Shown here one piece after another: positions 12,464 through 26,571 of a stretch of DNA of 64,000 nucleotides (position 1 is its first letter; every line of letters begins with the position of its first letter). Origin of the DNA: Cycas panzhihuaensis (lineage: Eukaryota > Plantae > Cycadophyta). The stretch covers positions 201,073,741 through 201,137,740 of the forward strand of contig CM041465.1 in assembly GCA_023213395.1 (NCBI GenBank). The letters are read 5' to 3'. Both the position numbers and the translations under genes were made by a program. A model generated the notes under the pieces. It was given only the letters and a program-made list of their open reading frames with translations, was not told where the DNA came from and did not search any database.

Positions 12464-13667
12464 ATTTCCTCAATGGAGAGCTTAAAAAAGAGGTTTTCTT
12501 GAAACAACCCCCTAGCTATGTTGTTCCAGGCTAGGAATACTTAGTCTGTAAATTTAAAAAAGCCCTTTGTTGACTCAAGCAGGTACCATATACCTGGTAT
12601 ATGAAGAATGATGCCTTCCTTAACCAACATGGATTTAATCATTTACCCTATGACCCAGATCTCTATATTTGGGTTAGATAAAATTTGATCACAATCATTA
12701 TTCTATATGTGGATGATCTTGCAATCACTAGTAATGACACAAATGGCATTACTTGGCTTCAATTAGAATTGAAAAGAAACTCTGAGATGACAGATCTTAG
12801 GTTGCTCTATTGCTTCCTTGGAATTGAAGTTTGGTAAAAACTAAGATACATCTTCTTGACTCAAACAATGTATGCTAATGAGCTCTTAAAAAGATTTAAG
12901 ATGATAGAATACAAGCAAGTACCAATTCCTATGGAGGTAAGAACCAAGCCAAACTTAGATGAACAAGGAAAATCTTTTGATTCCACTTTGTACTGGTAGA
13001 TAGTTAGGAGCCTCATCTATCTTACCCATACTTATCTAGACATTTCATATGTAGTAGGGATCTACTTTAGGTATATGTCACAACTAAAAGCATCTTATTG
13101 GAAAGTTGCTACCAAGATTCTCAAATATATCCATGGCACACATTAGTTTGGCCTTGAATACAAGAAAATGACCCCTCTATCTTGAAGGGATATATAGATG
13201 TTAATTAAGTAAGTTTCTAAGACATTCACCACTCAACTTTAGGCTATTTCTTTGACATTAACTCAGTTGTAATCTCATGGAGCTGTAAGAAGCAGTTGAA
13301 TATTGTTCTTTCTTCCACTGAAGCATAATATAAAGTAGTTGTCCATGCTACAATTGAGTTGATTTAGCTGAGAAGGATTTTTATTTAGCTTAGATTTCAA
13401 CAACATACACCCACCATCCTTTATTGTGATAATCAAAGTGTGTTGAAGATGATAAAGAATCTTGTATTCCATGTCAAAACCAAACACATTGAGGTCAATC
13501 ACCACTTCATCCATAATCATGTTCAAAATAAAGAAGTTGATCTAGTCTACCAAGAAAATAAGGACCAAGTTGCAGATATCTTCACCAAAGCACTTAGAAA
13601 ATCAAAGTTTAAATAGTTTTGAAATGACCTTAACATTCAAAGAAATGAAGCTACTATTAAGGGAGGG
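12464..13667 (+). pseudogene. pol: Decayed copia RT (from FLNG) and RNase H
   Basis: FLNGELKKEVFLKQPP...ILYVDDL...EMTDL; ISWSCKKQ...LSSTEA*Y...YCDNQS...KTKHIEV...QVADIFTKAL. Confidence 0.95.
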
Positions 13668-14897
13668 TGTTAAAACCATGTAATAACACCCATAATTTCT
13701 GATATTTCATGTAATTTATGTATATTGTATAATGTTAAGGAAACCCTTTATTATAATTTAATCATACTTTATAATGTGGTTATGTCTACCACATTTGCTA
13801 CTTAGTCAACCTATTATATCTCTCAAAATATTGGCAAGTTACCTATAAATTAAGCCCAACACCATTATATTACACATTGGATTATGATTAATGTAGAAGC
13901 TCTGCCTAAATAGAACTCTATGTGGTGATAAATTCACTTATACTTTGTTCATTTGAGTTATACTTGTTTATTTTATATGTTTTATTATATATTTCTATTA
14001 TTTTGCTTAATATATTGATCAGAGCATATGATTTCTTAGAACCTACAATATTTAATAGTAGTGTCATAAAAAAAACTCATTATCATTTAATGCTTATATT
14101 TCCTTTGATATCTTGAAGTTTCTTATTATTTTGGCCCTAATTCTTATAGTCATAGACTTTGACAAATATTTTTCCACTTATGTATCTTTGATTAGCCATT
14201 CTATAAACATCATTCTTAGGTAAGAACATCATGATAAAGTTGATTATAAAAAGTTATTATATTAGTAATTTGATTATTGGGTTTAAGCCCAAACATTAAT
14301 CTATTGATAAATAACACCTTGCTATTATCCACACTACTAAGAAACATTATTTGTATCTTCCTAATAATAATCCTAAATCCATTATTTACTTCTATATTAT
14401 AAAGTAACTTCTTAATAAAACTAATCTTTTTACCAATGTAAGTTATTGGACCATTCTTTTAAAATAGTTTAAATTAAAATATTTTTTAGATGGTATTTAG
14501 AAAGAGAAAAAATATAATTAAGTGCCCTACAAACATCCCCTTATCATCTATTTCTTTTATATCTTTTAGCTATTCCACCTTTGTTAATGATGTCATGAAT
14601 GACATATTTATATTATTACATAAGGAACTTAAACTAATTTTACATTATGGATAAAGTTGGCTATAATTGACTAGCATTGACCATCATATCTTAAAACGTA
14701 AGAGGCATCAAGAATGGCATAACTTTTTATCTTTAATAAAAATAATAATTTTTATAATTTTTACCATATGCACTACTATTGTACTAGTTTATATTGATGT
14801 TGTTATCTATTTGAGTTTACCTGTCTATTTCTTAGGTTTACTTGTCTTTATTTAAGCTCACCTCGATTAATATTAGAGTAGTTGTTGCTTACGAATA

Positions 14898-16929
14898 TGT
14901 TGGTATCATAAGATACCTCTAAATAGAACAACATCATAATATTCTATTATCATCTTTAGTATTCATTGATTACATCTCGCGCATTACATCTTTATCTAGT
15001 TATGTTATGGGTATATGTGAGAATCATTTACCTCACTTGCATTGAATAATATTTTGCCCTTTATGGTGAATAATTATACATGATATTTTACTTAACCAAT
15101 TATATTTCATGTGATAAATACGTATTATATTCTAATACTCCTCCATAATGCATATTTGGCAGTATACTAAGATTTTCATTGTGTTGAAAATAATTGGCCT
15201 TCACCAATGCTTTAGTAAGAATATTTGTAACTTAATTTTCTATCTTGCAATATTGAAGTTTAATTTGTTTATGCTAGATTAATTCCCTAATATAATGATG
15301 TTTGATTTTAATATGCTTTATTCTATTATGCATAACTAAATTCTTAGTCATCTAAATTATACTTTGATTATCATAAGAGATAACTATTAGTTTATTTTGA
15401 GATTGATGTAGATCTTCTAAAATTCTTTTAATCTGTACTACTTCTCATACTTCAACTTCTTTGTTCTCAACTTTTATTATAGATAAAGAAATTATTGGCT
15501 ATTTCTTTATATTATAAGCAATTAATGCTGAATTAATATTGTATACACATCATAAAATATTTTTTTTGTCTTCAATATCACTTGCCCAATATGCATCTAA
15601 ATAACCAACTATTCTACATTTATGTAATGAAGTATATTGTAATTCATAATTTACTATTCCTTTGATATATATTAGAATTTTCTTTGCTGTATTCTAATAT
15701 TCTTCTTTAGGTTCTGACATGAATCTTGAAGTTAAATTTATTACATATACTATGTCTAGTCGAGTATTCATTAAGTAAATCAAATTTCTTATCAATTAAT
15801 GATAAAAGATAGAATTAACTAAAATAAAATCTTAATTTTTGCTTAACTTCAACCTAATTTTAGTAGGAGTAGAACTTGATTTATAGTCATTCATGTTGAA
15901 TTTATTCAAACTGTCTATAATACATTTACTTTGTGACATATGGATGTCATTTTTACTTTGTCAAAATTTTATGCTAAGAAAATAATGTAATTAACCTAAA
16001 TCTGTCATTTTAAATTTTGAGTTCATGTCTTTCTTAAGTTGTTAAAATATTTCATCACTATTTTTTGTATAAATGAGGTCATCAATATAAAGTGTAATTA
16101 TGAGAACTAAAATTTCTATAATCTTGATATACATATTTGAGTTTGATAGACTTTTTTAAAATCCTTTATCTTGAAAATATTTATTAATATTAGAATACCA
16201 AACTTTTGGGGCTTGTTTCAATCCATACAAGACTTTCTTTAACTTCTACACTAATTTTTCATATCCTTTAACTTCAAATCTTTAAGGTTGAGTAACATGT
16301 GTATGGTCAAACCTTGATGAACAATTAGAGATAATACACTTCTAATCGCATCCATTCTAGCAAAAGGAGCAAAGGTTTATTTATAATTAATACCTTCTTA
16401 TTGAGTATAGCCCTTTGCCTTGTATTTTTTAAATTAAGTTATCAACTTTATATTTGGTTTTATATACCCACTTTATACTAATTACTTATTTATTAGTAGG
16501 TAGCTCTTCTAAATCTCATGTTTAATTTTTATACAAAGAATCATACTCAACTTCCATTACTTCAATATAATTTTTATTTTTAGTAGCTTTTTCAAAAGAA
16601 TGAGGTTCATCATTTTGCATTACTTGAGTCATTAATGCATAATTAACTCTTACTTGAGATCTTATTAATCTTTTGTCAAAATTCCTATCAAGTATCAATT
16701 TAGGATTATGACTTTGAATGAGCTATTTTAGACATGTAACTTATTTTGTACTTGGATTGAAAGAAGAACTTGAAGATGAACTTAAATTTTAATTTGAACT
16801 TGAACTTAGAATTAAAGAAGATGAAGTTTGATTTGGTTTTGGATTAGCTTGAATTATAACTTTTTTCCCTTTATCATCTTTAGGTTTAAAAATTACATTT
16901 TCATTAAAGATAACGTCTCTACTTACAAA
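14898..16929 (-). mobile_element. Ty1/copia 3' half (integrase end, RT, RNase H, PPT, 3' LTR ~14898-15137)
   Basis: Minus strand FVSRDVIFNE, TFAPFARMDAIR, LYGLKQAPKVWY, LYIDDLI, NILTKAL; PPT complement CTCCTCC at 15138. Confidence 0.85.
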
Positions 16930-18222
16930 TATTAAAATAACATAAATAGAAGAAGATTCTTTCTTGTATTAATAAGGGAGATAAATACTCTCATATAAAT
17001 ATATAAATTATATATAACTAGGCATATGCATGTAGGCCAAGTATTAGGACAAAATTTATTATAGGTTAAGACGTATAACCCTCAACTTAACTTTTAAAAA
17101 GTCTAAGTTAAAAAGATGCTATAAGATAAAATATAATACTTAACAACCTCCCTTAATATTTTATCTTTTATTTTTAATTTCAAACATCTCTTTGAAGTAC
17201 TAAAAAATTTCCTTTGATAAGGGTTTTATAAATAAACCTGCAAGTTATTCTTCACTAACATGATATTATAAGTTTATCTCCTTTTCTTATACTTTTCTCT
17301 AATAAAATAATGATGTACTTTAATATATTTTATTCTAACATGAAACATAGGATTCTTAATCAATTTGATAAAACTTTGATTACCACAAAAAATAAAGGTA
17401 TCTTGGACCTATTTCTATTTTAAGTCTTTGAACAATTATCTTATCCATACTACTTCATATGTGGTACATATAATTGGTTTATACTCTACTTTGGTCAAAG
17501 ATAAAGTAATAGTGGTTTATATCCCGATATGAACTTCCTTTCTTATCAATCTCTAACCAATTTGAGTCACTATATCATGTTGGTTTAAAGTTTGATACTT
17601 TGGTATAACTTAGTCCTAATGTTGAGCTCCCTTTGATATACCTTTGTATCTTATTAACAACATTCTAATAAAAAATTATACGTGTTTGTATACACCTAGA
17701 AATTATTCTAACTGAGTATGAAATATCTAGCCCAATGGATATGAGATGAGTAAGGCAACTAACCAATTGATTATATAAAGCTTCATCAACTTTTTATCTA
17801 TTCTTATCTATTATCAACGTATAACTTATTTCCATTGGAGTTATTCACTCATTGTAATCCTCCATTTTAAACACTTTTTAAGAAGAATTTTTGTATATTT
17901 TCCCTATGGCATAAATATGAAATTTTCTCTTTGATCTACTTTAACACTAAGATAGTAATGAAGTAATTCCGTGTCTATCATCTCAAAAATATTTTCTATT
18001 TAAGTTTTTACTTGATAAATTATGTTATTATCATTCCTTATAGCTATCATATCATCCACATATACTACTATAATTTTGATTAGTTAACTTTTATTTATTT
18101 TGACATAAATACTAAGATTAGATTCACACCTAACAAAGCCTTTTTGTTTGAGATGTTGATCTAATTTTTCATACGAAGCTATAAGAGCTTGTTTTAGTTA
18201 GTACAATGTTTTTTTGACCTTA
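16930..18222 (-). mobile_element. Second Ty1/copia 3' part (RT C-terminus, RNase H, PPT, 3' LTR ~16930-17145)
   Basis: KKTLY*LKQAL, VVYVDDMI, FCGNQS, NLAGLFIKPL; PPT complement ACCTCCCTTAA at 17146. Confidence 0.85.
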
Positions 18223-21200
18223 TATAATGAACCATATACATTTTTTTAGCCTTAAATAGGAAAGATAACCACTTTACATAGAATCTTATTAGCATGATAA
18301 GTAGTCTACAACCTTATTAGTGGGACTAAATGGCCTATACATAAAAGCTAATAGCTAACAATAATAATCTTGTTACTTGGTCACATATGCTAGTAGTCAA
18401 GATCAATAGTTAACAAGTGGTTATATAACAAGTCCTCTCCCCTTAGATGTTACACCTATGAAGTGAAGGAGATGCATATATTGATTTATAAATTTTGTTG
18501 ATTCCTATGTTGCCTCTTTCAAATCATAGCTAACCCACTATATTAAATACTTATAGATGGCCTAGCTATATAAATAACATTGTCTCATAGCTAAGATATG
18601 GTTTGGAAGGACTATAAGGACTTGTTCTTCATATATAATAGGAAGGGTAGTATAGAGAATAATATCTCTACCAAGATATCTTTTTAAATAGAAGACATGA
18701 AAAATATTATGGATTTTGGTGTCTGGTAGGAGCTTAAGGGTATAAGTAACTTATTTGATCTTTTGAAGAACTTTGTATCAACCATAGTAGCGAGGGATAC
18801 ACTTATGATTTTTATTCTTATAGAAGGATTGTTATTTATATGATTGAAGCTAAAGGAATACCATGTCACCTATTATAAATTCTTGATCAAAACGATGGCA
18901 ATCTTTTAGTTACTTCATTCAATTTTAGGTCAAAGTTAGGTTTTTCTTAAGGGCATGCAATATTTAATCCATAACTTCTATTTTTTATTGAATGGTCATT
19001 ATGTGAAGGTTTCCTACAAGGGTGTGGTGGGAAGGTAGGTGCTAATAAAGCCAAAAGTAGAGGCATGTCAATGGTAGAGTGATAAGAAGAGTTATACTAG
19101 TAGTTAGCAAGCACAAGCTAGTAGGACCATCTATTTTGGTGTTTTGAGGTGACACAATATAGGTATATTTCTATATTTTCATTTAGAACCTTAACTTACC
19201 CATTAGTTTGAGGATGATAAGCTAAGCTCATATTGAATGAGGTGCCTGAGGCATGAAAAAACTCTTACCAAAATGAGTTGGTAAATTCTGGGTCTTGGTA
19301 ACATACAATTATTGAAGGGAACCTATCGAGGCAAAAGGTAGATTAAGTATATGTGTTGGTGAGACATATGACCTTATAGAAGGGATGTACATGTATAAAA
19401 TACATATACTTAGTTAGCTTATATATGATAATCTAGATAGAGTTGAACCCAATAGATAATAGAAGGATCGAGATAAAGTCCATTATAATACCTTGTCTTT
19501 CCCCTCTGGAATATGTAAGAATTAGAGGAAATTAAGTTAAGCTTTTATGTCAACTTTATTCCTTTAGTATATATCCTATTCTATCATAAATATAAGGATT
19601 TTGAACTTCATATATAGCCAATAAAGTTCAGAGCATATGCATAAATAGGTTTTCTAAAAACTTGAGTGACCACTAATGGGGGAGGAATGATATTTAGACA
19701 GGATTCAAAAAATGAAAAGGAAAGCAGGGTGAACAAAAATATAATTTTTATATAATAGGATATGATTATGAAGAGATGAGTCCTTTTATATGAGGTGTTT
19801 TAATGGCTATTAGCCATAATCTAGTTGGGCCTAGTTGCCAATTGCCAAATTTATGAGCCATGTAGGTTTGACTTTGGTGATTGCTTGAATCATGGGTTCA
19901 AGGGTGGTTTTTGGGGCAATGTGGGAGAGGGCATCAACAATAATATTGTCTTTGCTCTTTTTATACATTGTAGTGACATCAAATACCTATAGGTAATCAA
20001 GCCACTTAGCTTGCTTCTATGATAATATTGGTTCATCAAAGAGTGTCTGAAGGCTATGGATGTCTATAAGAATTGTAAACACCAAGCTAAAGATATATTG
20101 GCACTACTTGTTAATTACATGTAGGATGGCCTTCATCACTTTTTTCTAGTTGTATAACTTACATTCATGGTCCTTAATCTTACAATCTCAAAGGTAATTG
20201 GGTGAAAATTTTACATAAGAACAATACATAATCTAAATCCTAAGATATTATATTCTAACTGAAATGGTTATGAAAAATTCTAAGTGGCCATGACTAGGGT
20301 TGAGGTCATGATGTCCTTAATATGGTTGAGTGTATCCTCTAGAGCGAGGGACCATTAAAAGGAGTCCTTATGAAGCAAATTGTTTAGTAGGATAATAAAA
20401 GAGGTATAGACATGAATAAACCATCTATAGAATCTTATAAGACTAATAAAGGCATGAAAGTATGTTAAGATTTTAGGCCTTAGCAATGATATGATAATGG
20501 AGATTTTATCTAGGTCAACATGAACACCCTCCATAGAGATGATGTACCCCAAGCATTTTAACTCAAATTTTCTAAATTTACACTTTAATAGTTTTCCATA
20601 AAGTTTTTGTTATACAAGGATTTAAAGGACTTTTCCCAAATGCTTGAGATGATGGAGCATCCTAGAGCTATAAATAGGTATATCATGAAAGAATATAATA
20701 ACAAATTTATAATATAGAATATAAATATCCTATTCATGAGGGTATAAAATATAGTGAGGGTATTAAAAGACTAAAGGACATGACTTGGAACTTGAAGTGG
20801 CCATGATATGTGTAAAACATCATTTTGTGGTGATCTTCTAAGGTGATAGGGATTTGGTAGTAACTAGATTGAAGATCAAATTTAGAAAATATAGTTGCAG
20901 GATGGATCTCATCAAGTATATCATCAATCCTAAGTGTCAGGAACTTATTTTAAATCATAATTTTATTAAGTTCCCTATAATCTATACATAAGTAGAATGA
21001 GCTATTGTTTTTCTAGACTAGGACAATTAGAACTGTGTAAGGACTTTTGTTGGGTTATATAACTCTAATGTCCATTAGTTTAATGGTTATCTTATTAACC
21101 TTATTCTTTGGAAATATAAATTGTGATATGGACTTAAGATAATTAGATCATGATGGTTTTTCAATTAAATTAAGTGATGGAATCCATGATCTAGATGGGT

Positions 21201-24200
21201 GGTAGTAGGGATAGGTGCAAGAATATACTAGTACTTGGTGATTAGATTTTAGAAATTAGGATTAGTTATGGTATATGCTTTAATGGTATTAATATAGACT
21301 ATGCATCCCACACAATTACTTAAATATTAATGCATTTTGTTAGGGGAGATAACTTTATTTAGGGGAGGTTGTATCCCATGAAGTTTATGAGTTTTCCTAT
21401 GGTCATCTTTAAATAAAATGAAAGGGTTATTAGTAGAATGATTTATGTTGTACATACCTAGAGTTTTGAGCCACTTGATCCTAATTATTACATTAAAGCT
21501 ATTGATAAAAAATCATAAAAATCTATGGTTAGGGTGTACATGCCTGTTTGAATCTATATGCTCTTTATTATTCCTACATAATGGAGGGAAAGATGTCTGA
21601 ACAAAGAACAAGTAAACCTAATTTTAGGAACCGTATACAAGCTTAGTTGTTATTCCAATGATATTTCAATAAAGTTTATTATTGCACCACTATTAATTAG
21701 GATAATAATAGTTGTTTATTTAAGTGTTCCTTTGCATGAAGTGGTTTTGAGCAGGACACATAGGAAACATTTGATAATAAGGCCTTAGGTTCTAATGGAA
21801 ATAATGGGTCTTCAGGTGGAATTTCATTAGCATCCTAATTAAGATCCTCATGATCAGTATTAGAGTCGTCTTCACAATTAACCTCAGTGGTAAAAATCAT
21901 CTATTTTACTTTTCTGACCAAATTATGATTGGGTGTCTATTTCTATAAGCATTTCATATGGAGGCTAGATTTTATCCTTCTATTGGCTTCATTTAAAGGG
22001 ATTTGAACTAGGTTAGAAGAAGGTATTGTTGTTGAAGGTTACTCCTAATTAATCTCTTATGGGTGTGGGCATTGTTTCTTTACAATTACGAACAAGGGAT
22101 GTTGGAACCATCCAAAATCTCATTAAAAGTTGGATTGTCATTCAACTATAAATTTAGCTTCTATTGCCTTAGCCATGGAGATGGCATCTTGTAGACTTAG
22201 AAGGAGATATGTCTTCAAGAACATTTAAATGTGTTTCTTTAGTCTAGATATGTATACTTAAATAAGTATATTGGGATCAACTTGTTAAGAAATTTTATTA
22301 TGTTATACTTAAAATTCTTGTGTATAATTCAACTTTGGTTATGTACTTTAAATAGGTGAGTTGGTTAAAGAATGATTGACTCTGCATATCTTGATATTGT
22401 TTAAGGAAGTTTTTATAAATTAGGACCCATGTTTACATAAGGTTCTCTTTTTACCACTAGTAGAACTAATGTTAAGCCTTACTATATAAGTGAACGGAAG
22501 CAAAAGTTGACTACTCATTAAGGGTTATACGGTTGGAGGAAAAATATGACTCGGGCCTGTTGATTTAAGTTTTGATCAAGTCCCTATTAGGATTAGGATC
22601 AAAAGTGGCTATGTTAATCTTATGGTGTGATGGATTTTGCCTTGGCAGATGTGACTGGGGTACCTACTTATGGGGAGTACTAGTGGAGGTGATTTGCTTG
22701 TTAAGTTTGATGAAGTCATAATTGTGATAAGTTTAGTAATCTTAATAATGATATTTACCATTTATATTATATGATTGTTAGCCATTGTTGTGGGTTTATT
22801 ACTAAGGTTGGCAATGCCTTTGAACAAATCATCTTTATTCTGTATCATGTTGGTGTGGAGATTGATGACTTGTGCTTTAAGTGTCTAAATCCTTTTAGCT
22901 TTTTTGGGAACCATTATACTACTAGTTCCTATGAAGAATAAGGGACTCAAGAGAAGAAGGGTTAAGAGGAGAAAAAGGAATGCCACAAAAGAGGATAAGA
23001 TAGTAAGAATAAGATTCAAGAGGTGGGAATAGTATAAAAAGGTGGGGGTGGAGGTGTCTATAACCTATTAACCTCTTGGGTACAAGTATGCTTAGATGGG
23101 GTAAAATTTGGCAACAATCCTACCTAGTGTAATGTGATAAGTGCAATGAGCTTATTAGGATGATGTAAGTGAAACTATATGATATTTTTTAGTCGATGGA
23201 ACCTACCTACTATTTTTTTCCTAAAAAATAAGTTAAGAGTGATCTAGCCTAAAATGATTTACATGATGCACTGATTAAAATAAGATGTATATATAACTAG
23301 AATAAAGTTTTTGGCTTATACTCCTTTTTTTTTTAATCTTAAATCTAATGTTGCAAGTTTTATCTAAATCAAACAAGTATTTCCTAAAGTGACCATGCAG
23401 ACCAAGTGATGGCCTCTTTTTTTCTTTTTATTTCCTAATGAGAGGTAGAATTTAGATTGAGGGTTGGACTTGAGTAGGTACTTAACTTAGAAATCTATCC
23501 TAAAGCTTTGGATAAGAAGTATTTAGACTATGATGTTTATATTATAAGATTATATTATTATTATATTATTGTTATTATACTATAGGGTAGTGTTGTTACT
23601 GTGTTGTAGTAGTTATGAATAGAGTTAGTAGTTTGTAATAGGATATACAATAGTCTTAGCAATGTTATATTATATTTGAAAGTACGTAGGACTTAAGAAA
23701 TAAAGTATAACTCATTCTATAGACCTTTCAATAAATTTTCCAATTATTACTACTTCTTAGCCTAATCTCTCAAGGTACTAACTACAAAGGAAATCTATAC
23801 ATGTAACTGTGATAGTTTTGTTAGGGTGTTCATGAGGAGTAACTTCTAAGTACTAACTTCTATCCAATGCACTACAAAGAACAGGCAATAGACAATTTCC
23901 TACTCTAGATAAGGCCTTATAATATACCTAAAGGTATAGCCAAATTTTATTTAATATTTGTATAAGTAGTGTTATATGCTTCACTTCATGCATGAGTATA
24001 TACCCATATATACTTGGTTAAAAATAATAAATCTTTATGATTTTTAAAGACCCCTTGTATAGGGTCTTTACCTAACAACTAGGGGATATAAGAGGGAGGG
24101 AACTTACTGCCCACTTGCAACTAATTATAAGATTTTAAGAAAATAACAATAATACATAAACAAAAAAGTGGAAGTAGGAGAAGATATCTAGAATTTCCTT

Positions 24201-24676
24201 AAGGAAAAATAAAAATCCCAATTTTTACACTCCTCTTACTAATCTACTTTATTAGGTAGACTTGTAACTTAGCCTTGATTCCACATAGAGTGTGTTTTCC
24301 CAAGTATTCTTTTATACAATAGTAGATTTCTAGATAAAAGAGCACAGATAATATTTTAGACCATTCACTTTAGCAAAAATAAGTAAACCAAATAAAAAAA
24401 TAAACACAAATATGAATACCAAATGGACACTAAAACATATAATAGTATGATTTATTAATATTATTTCAATATAATAAACTGCGTATATTTCTAGGGCCTT
24501 AAATGGCTAAAGATTACCACTTTATATAGAATCTTATTGGTGTGAGCAGCAACCTGTAATCCTATTGGTAAGACTAAATGGATCATCCACAAAAGTTAAT
24601 GGCCAACACTAATAATTTGATTACTTTGTCACGTGGTAGCAATCAATCTCTATGGTTAGCAAGCAATTATATAACA
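18223..24676 (-). mobile_element. Near full-length decayed Ty3/gypsy chromovirus
   Basis: LTR pair ~18223-18430 (left-truncated) and ~24424-24676; PPT complement CCTCTCCCCTT near 18434; gene order gag-PR-RT-RH-INT-chromodomain. Confidence 0.9.
18440..22914 (-). pseudogene. pol: Decayed gypsy Gag-Pol with C-terminal chromodomain
   Basis: Gag start MVPKKAKRI at 22914; ILINSGA protease; RIDDILDEIH RT; ORF 20355-20552 GYIISMEGVHVDLDKI...RFYRWF; SLAYHPQTNG integrase; KYLI*WVSYDLKEAT*E chromodomain. Confidence 0.9.
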
Positions 24677-25589
24677 AGTTTATCTTTTACATGGCTAAAT
24701 CATCTAGTTTGGAGAAGTTAACTAGAAAGAGGAATACCATAGAAGACAAATTCAATCTTATGATGGAGTAAGGAAAAATAGAGTTTTTAAATAACAAAGA
24801 AAGACACATGATCTTGTATTTAATGATGGTTTTACATTAGACTAGGTGCATTCAACTTGAAGAAGTTATCCACATGGCTAGGCATATGGCAATCATATAG
24901 AAATATTGCACAAGGGAATATTCTTATAGAAAGAAGAAGTAGACAATAAATATTTAAGACAAAAAGCCAATTTTAGTGTCCACCATGAGTAATATTCTAA
25001 CATTAAGTGTTATAGATCTTTTGTATAACTGGAGGAAAATACTAAGCTTTAGAGAGTAATCAACAGCACACACACAGAGTTGAAGATATATTGATAGTCA
25101 ATTAACTAAATAATTAATTAATAAAATAATAAGTGATATCTTATAATACATTTGAGGCTATATTTATATATGTATAATATGCCCTTTCATATAGAAGGTT
25201 ACAACTATTTAAGAGGCACCCCTTCATTTAATATTTAAGTAATTAACCTTAAGGAGGTTCATAAAAATTCCTCCTCCTTAAGATGTTTTGCCCATGAAGC
25301 ATATTTGAATGATTGGTTAATTACTTCATTCAAGGTGGTTCATAACAAAACCTTTTTCTTGAAATGTTTTGTCTTCAAATCTTGATTGAGATAATGATTA
25401 GTTTAATGTCTCCTCTTGTTGATAAAAGAATATCATAATCATCTGATATATGTCATCGAGTCATACTTGCTAAAACTTTAAACAATAACAAATACACATA
25501 TAATGGTAAGATTGAATAAGTTGATGCAATTGTGGACCAATTAGAATTCTTTGGTAGATACCAATAACATAAATGTTGAATTCTCGTAT

Positions 25590-26571
25590 GCTTTTTCCTA
25601 CAGGATGAAGATTGTTAACATGGTATCTTCCATTTAATTTTGACTTTAATCTATCGACATACATAGTATTGTTTTAGCATATATGGTTTTATCCCAATGC
25701 TTGAAAACTTCTTAAATTTATTAGGAGGTGAAATAGTTATTGCTAATACTATGAAATCCCCAGGTACATATGATATAATTATATGATTCATATTATTTGG
25801 TTAATTAAGAGGTGAGCTTGTTATTATCGATATTAGTAACTTTTATTTAGATTGATCAAGAGATGTTATTGGTACTAGTTGTTCCTTCTTCAATCGATCA
25901 AGAAATATAGATATCACCATTGGCATTAGCAACTACTTTGGTATATACTTGATATTTTTATAAATTATTATATTTTCTTTTGGGAATGACACTAACATTT
26001 TGCCCTTATCAACTATTAATGATTTATCCTTATTTTCCTATTGTATATTATTTTTTTCTTTCTGTATATTCAAATCATGTTTTAGAATTATGATTTTGGT
26101 TGTAGACTCTTTTCCTTTCTATATTGTGTGATTTTGTATTCTATTAGCTTTTAGTATAGACATGCCATCCTCACTTGTGATGTTGATCGATTTATCCATA
26201 TGTCCTTCATGATTTCTAAATGAATTCTCTCAATGTAACTCCTATAATCTTTTTACTTGTTCCTTTAATTATTTTTCTAATGCTAATAAGTAAGCATCAT
26301 TGAGGTTTACTAATATCATAGAAGATCCTTTATGTTTATCTCTACTTTCTATGTTTGAAAACTTCTCGTTTCTTTTTTATTTTTTATAAGTCCTTGCTTT
26401 TATATGTTCTTTGGGTGAAAATTTCATCTTTGGTAATTCCTTATTTGTAAAAACTAATTTTCTTGATGTAGAATGTGAAAGTGGTTTAGAATTTGGCACC
26501 TAAAGAGGTCCATGTAAACTAATAGAATAACTGTATAAGTCTTGATTATGTGTTATTAACAAAAGTAGACT
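25590..26571 (-). pseudogene. In-frame continuation of the BRCT frame: K/E/S-rich linker, then an integrase C-terminal (GPY/F-like) remnant
   Basis: The same frame continues with sparse stops to SYVPGDFIVL...NKFKKFSSIGIKPYML; after a frameshift, YVDRLKSKLNGRYHVNNLHP. Confidence 0.5.

Larger units (their letters stand above)
9797..14057 (+). mobile_element. Internally deleted or chimeric Ty1/copia element
   Basis: LTRs 9797-10180 and 13668-14057; PBS TGGTATCAAATC at 10181; PPT AAGGGAGGG at 13659-13667; TSD ATAGT/GTAGT. Confidence 0.9.
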
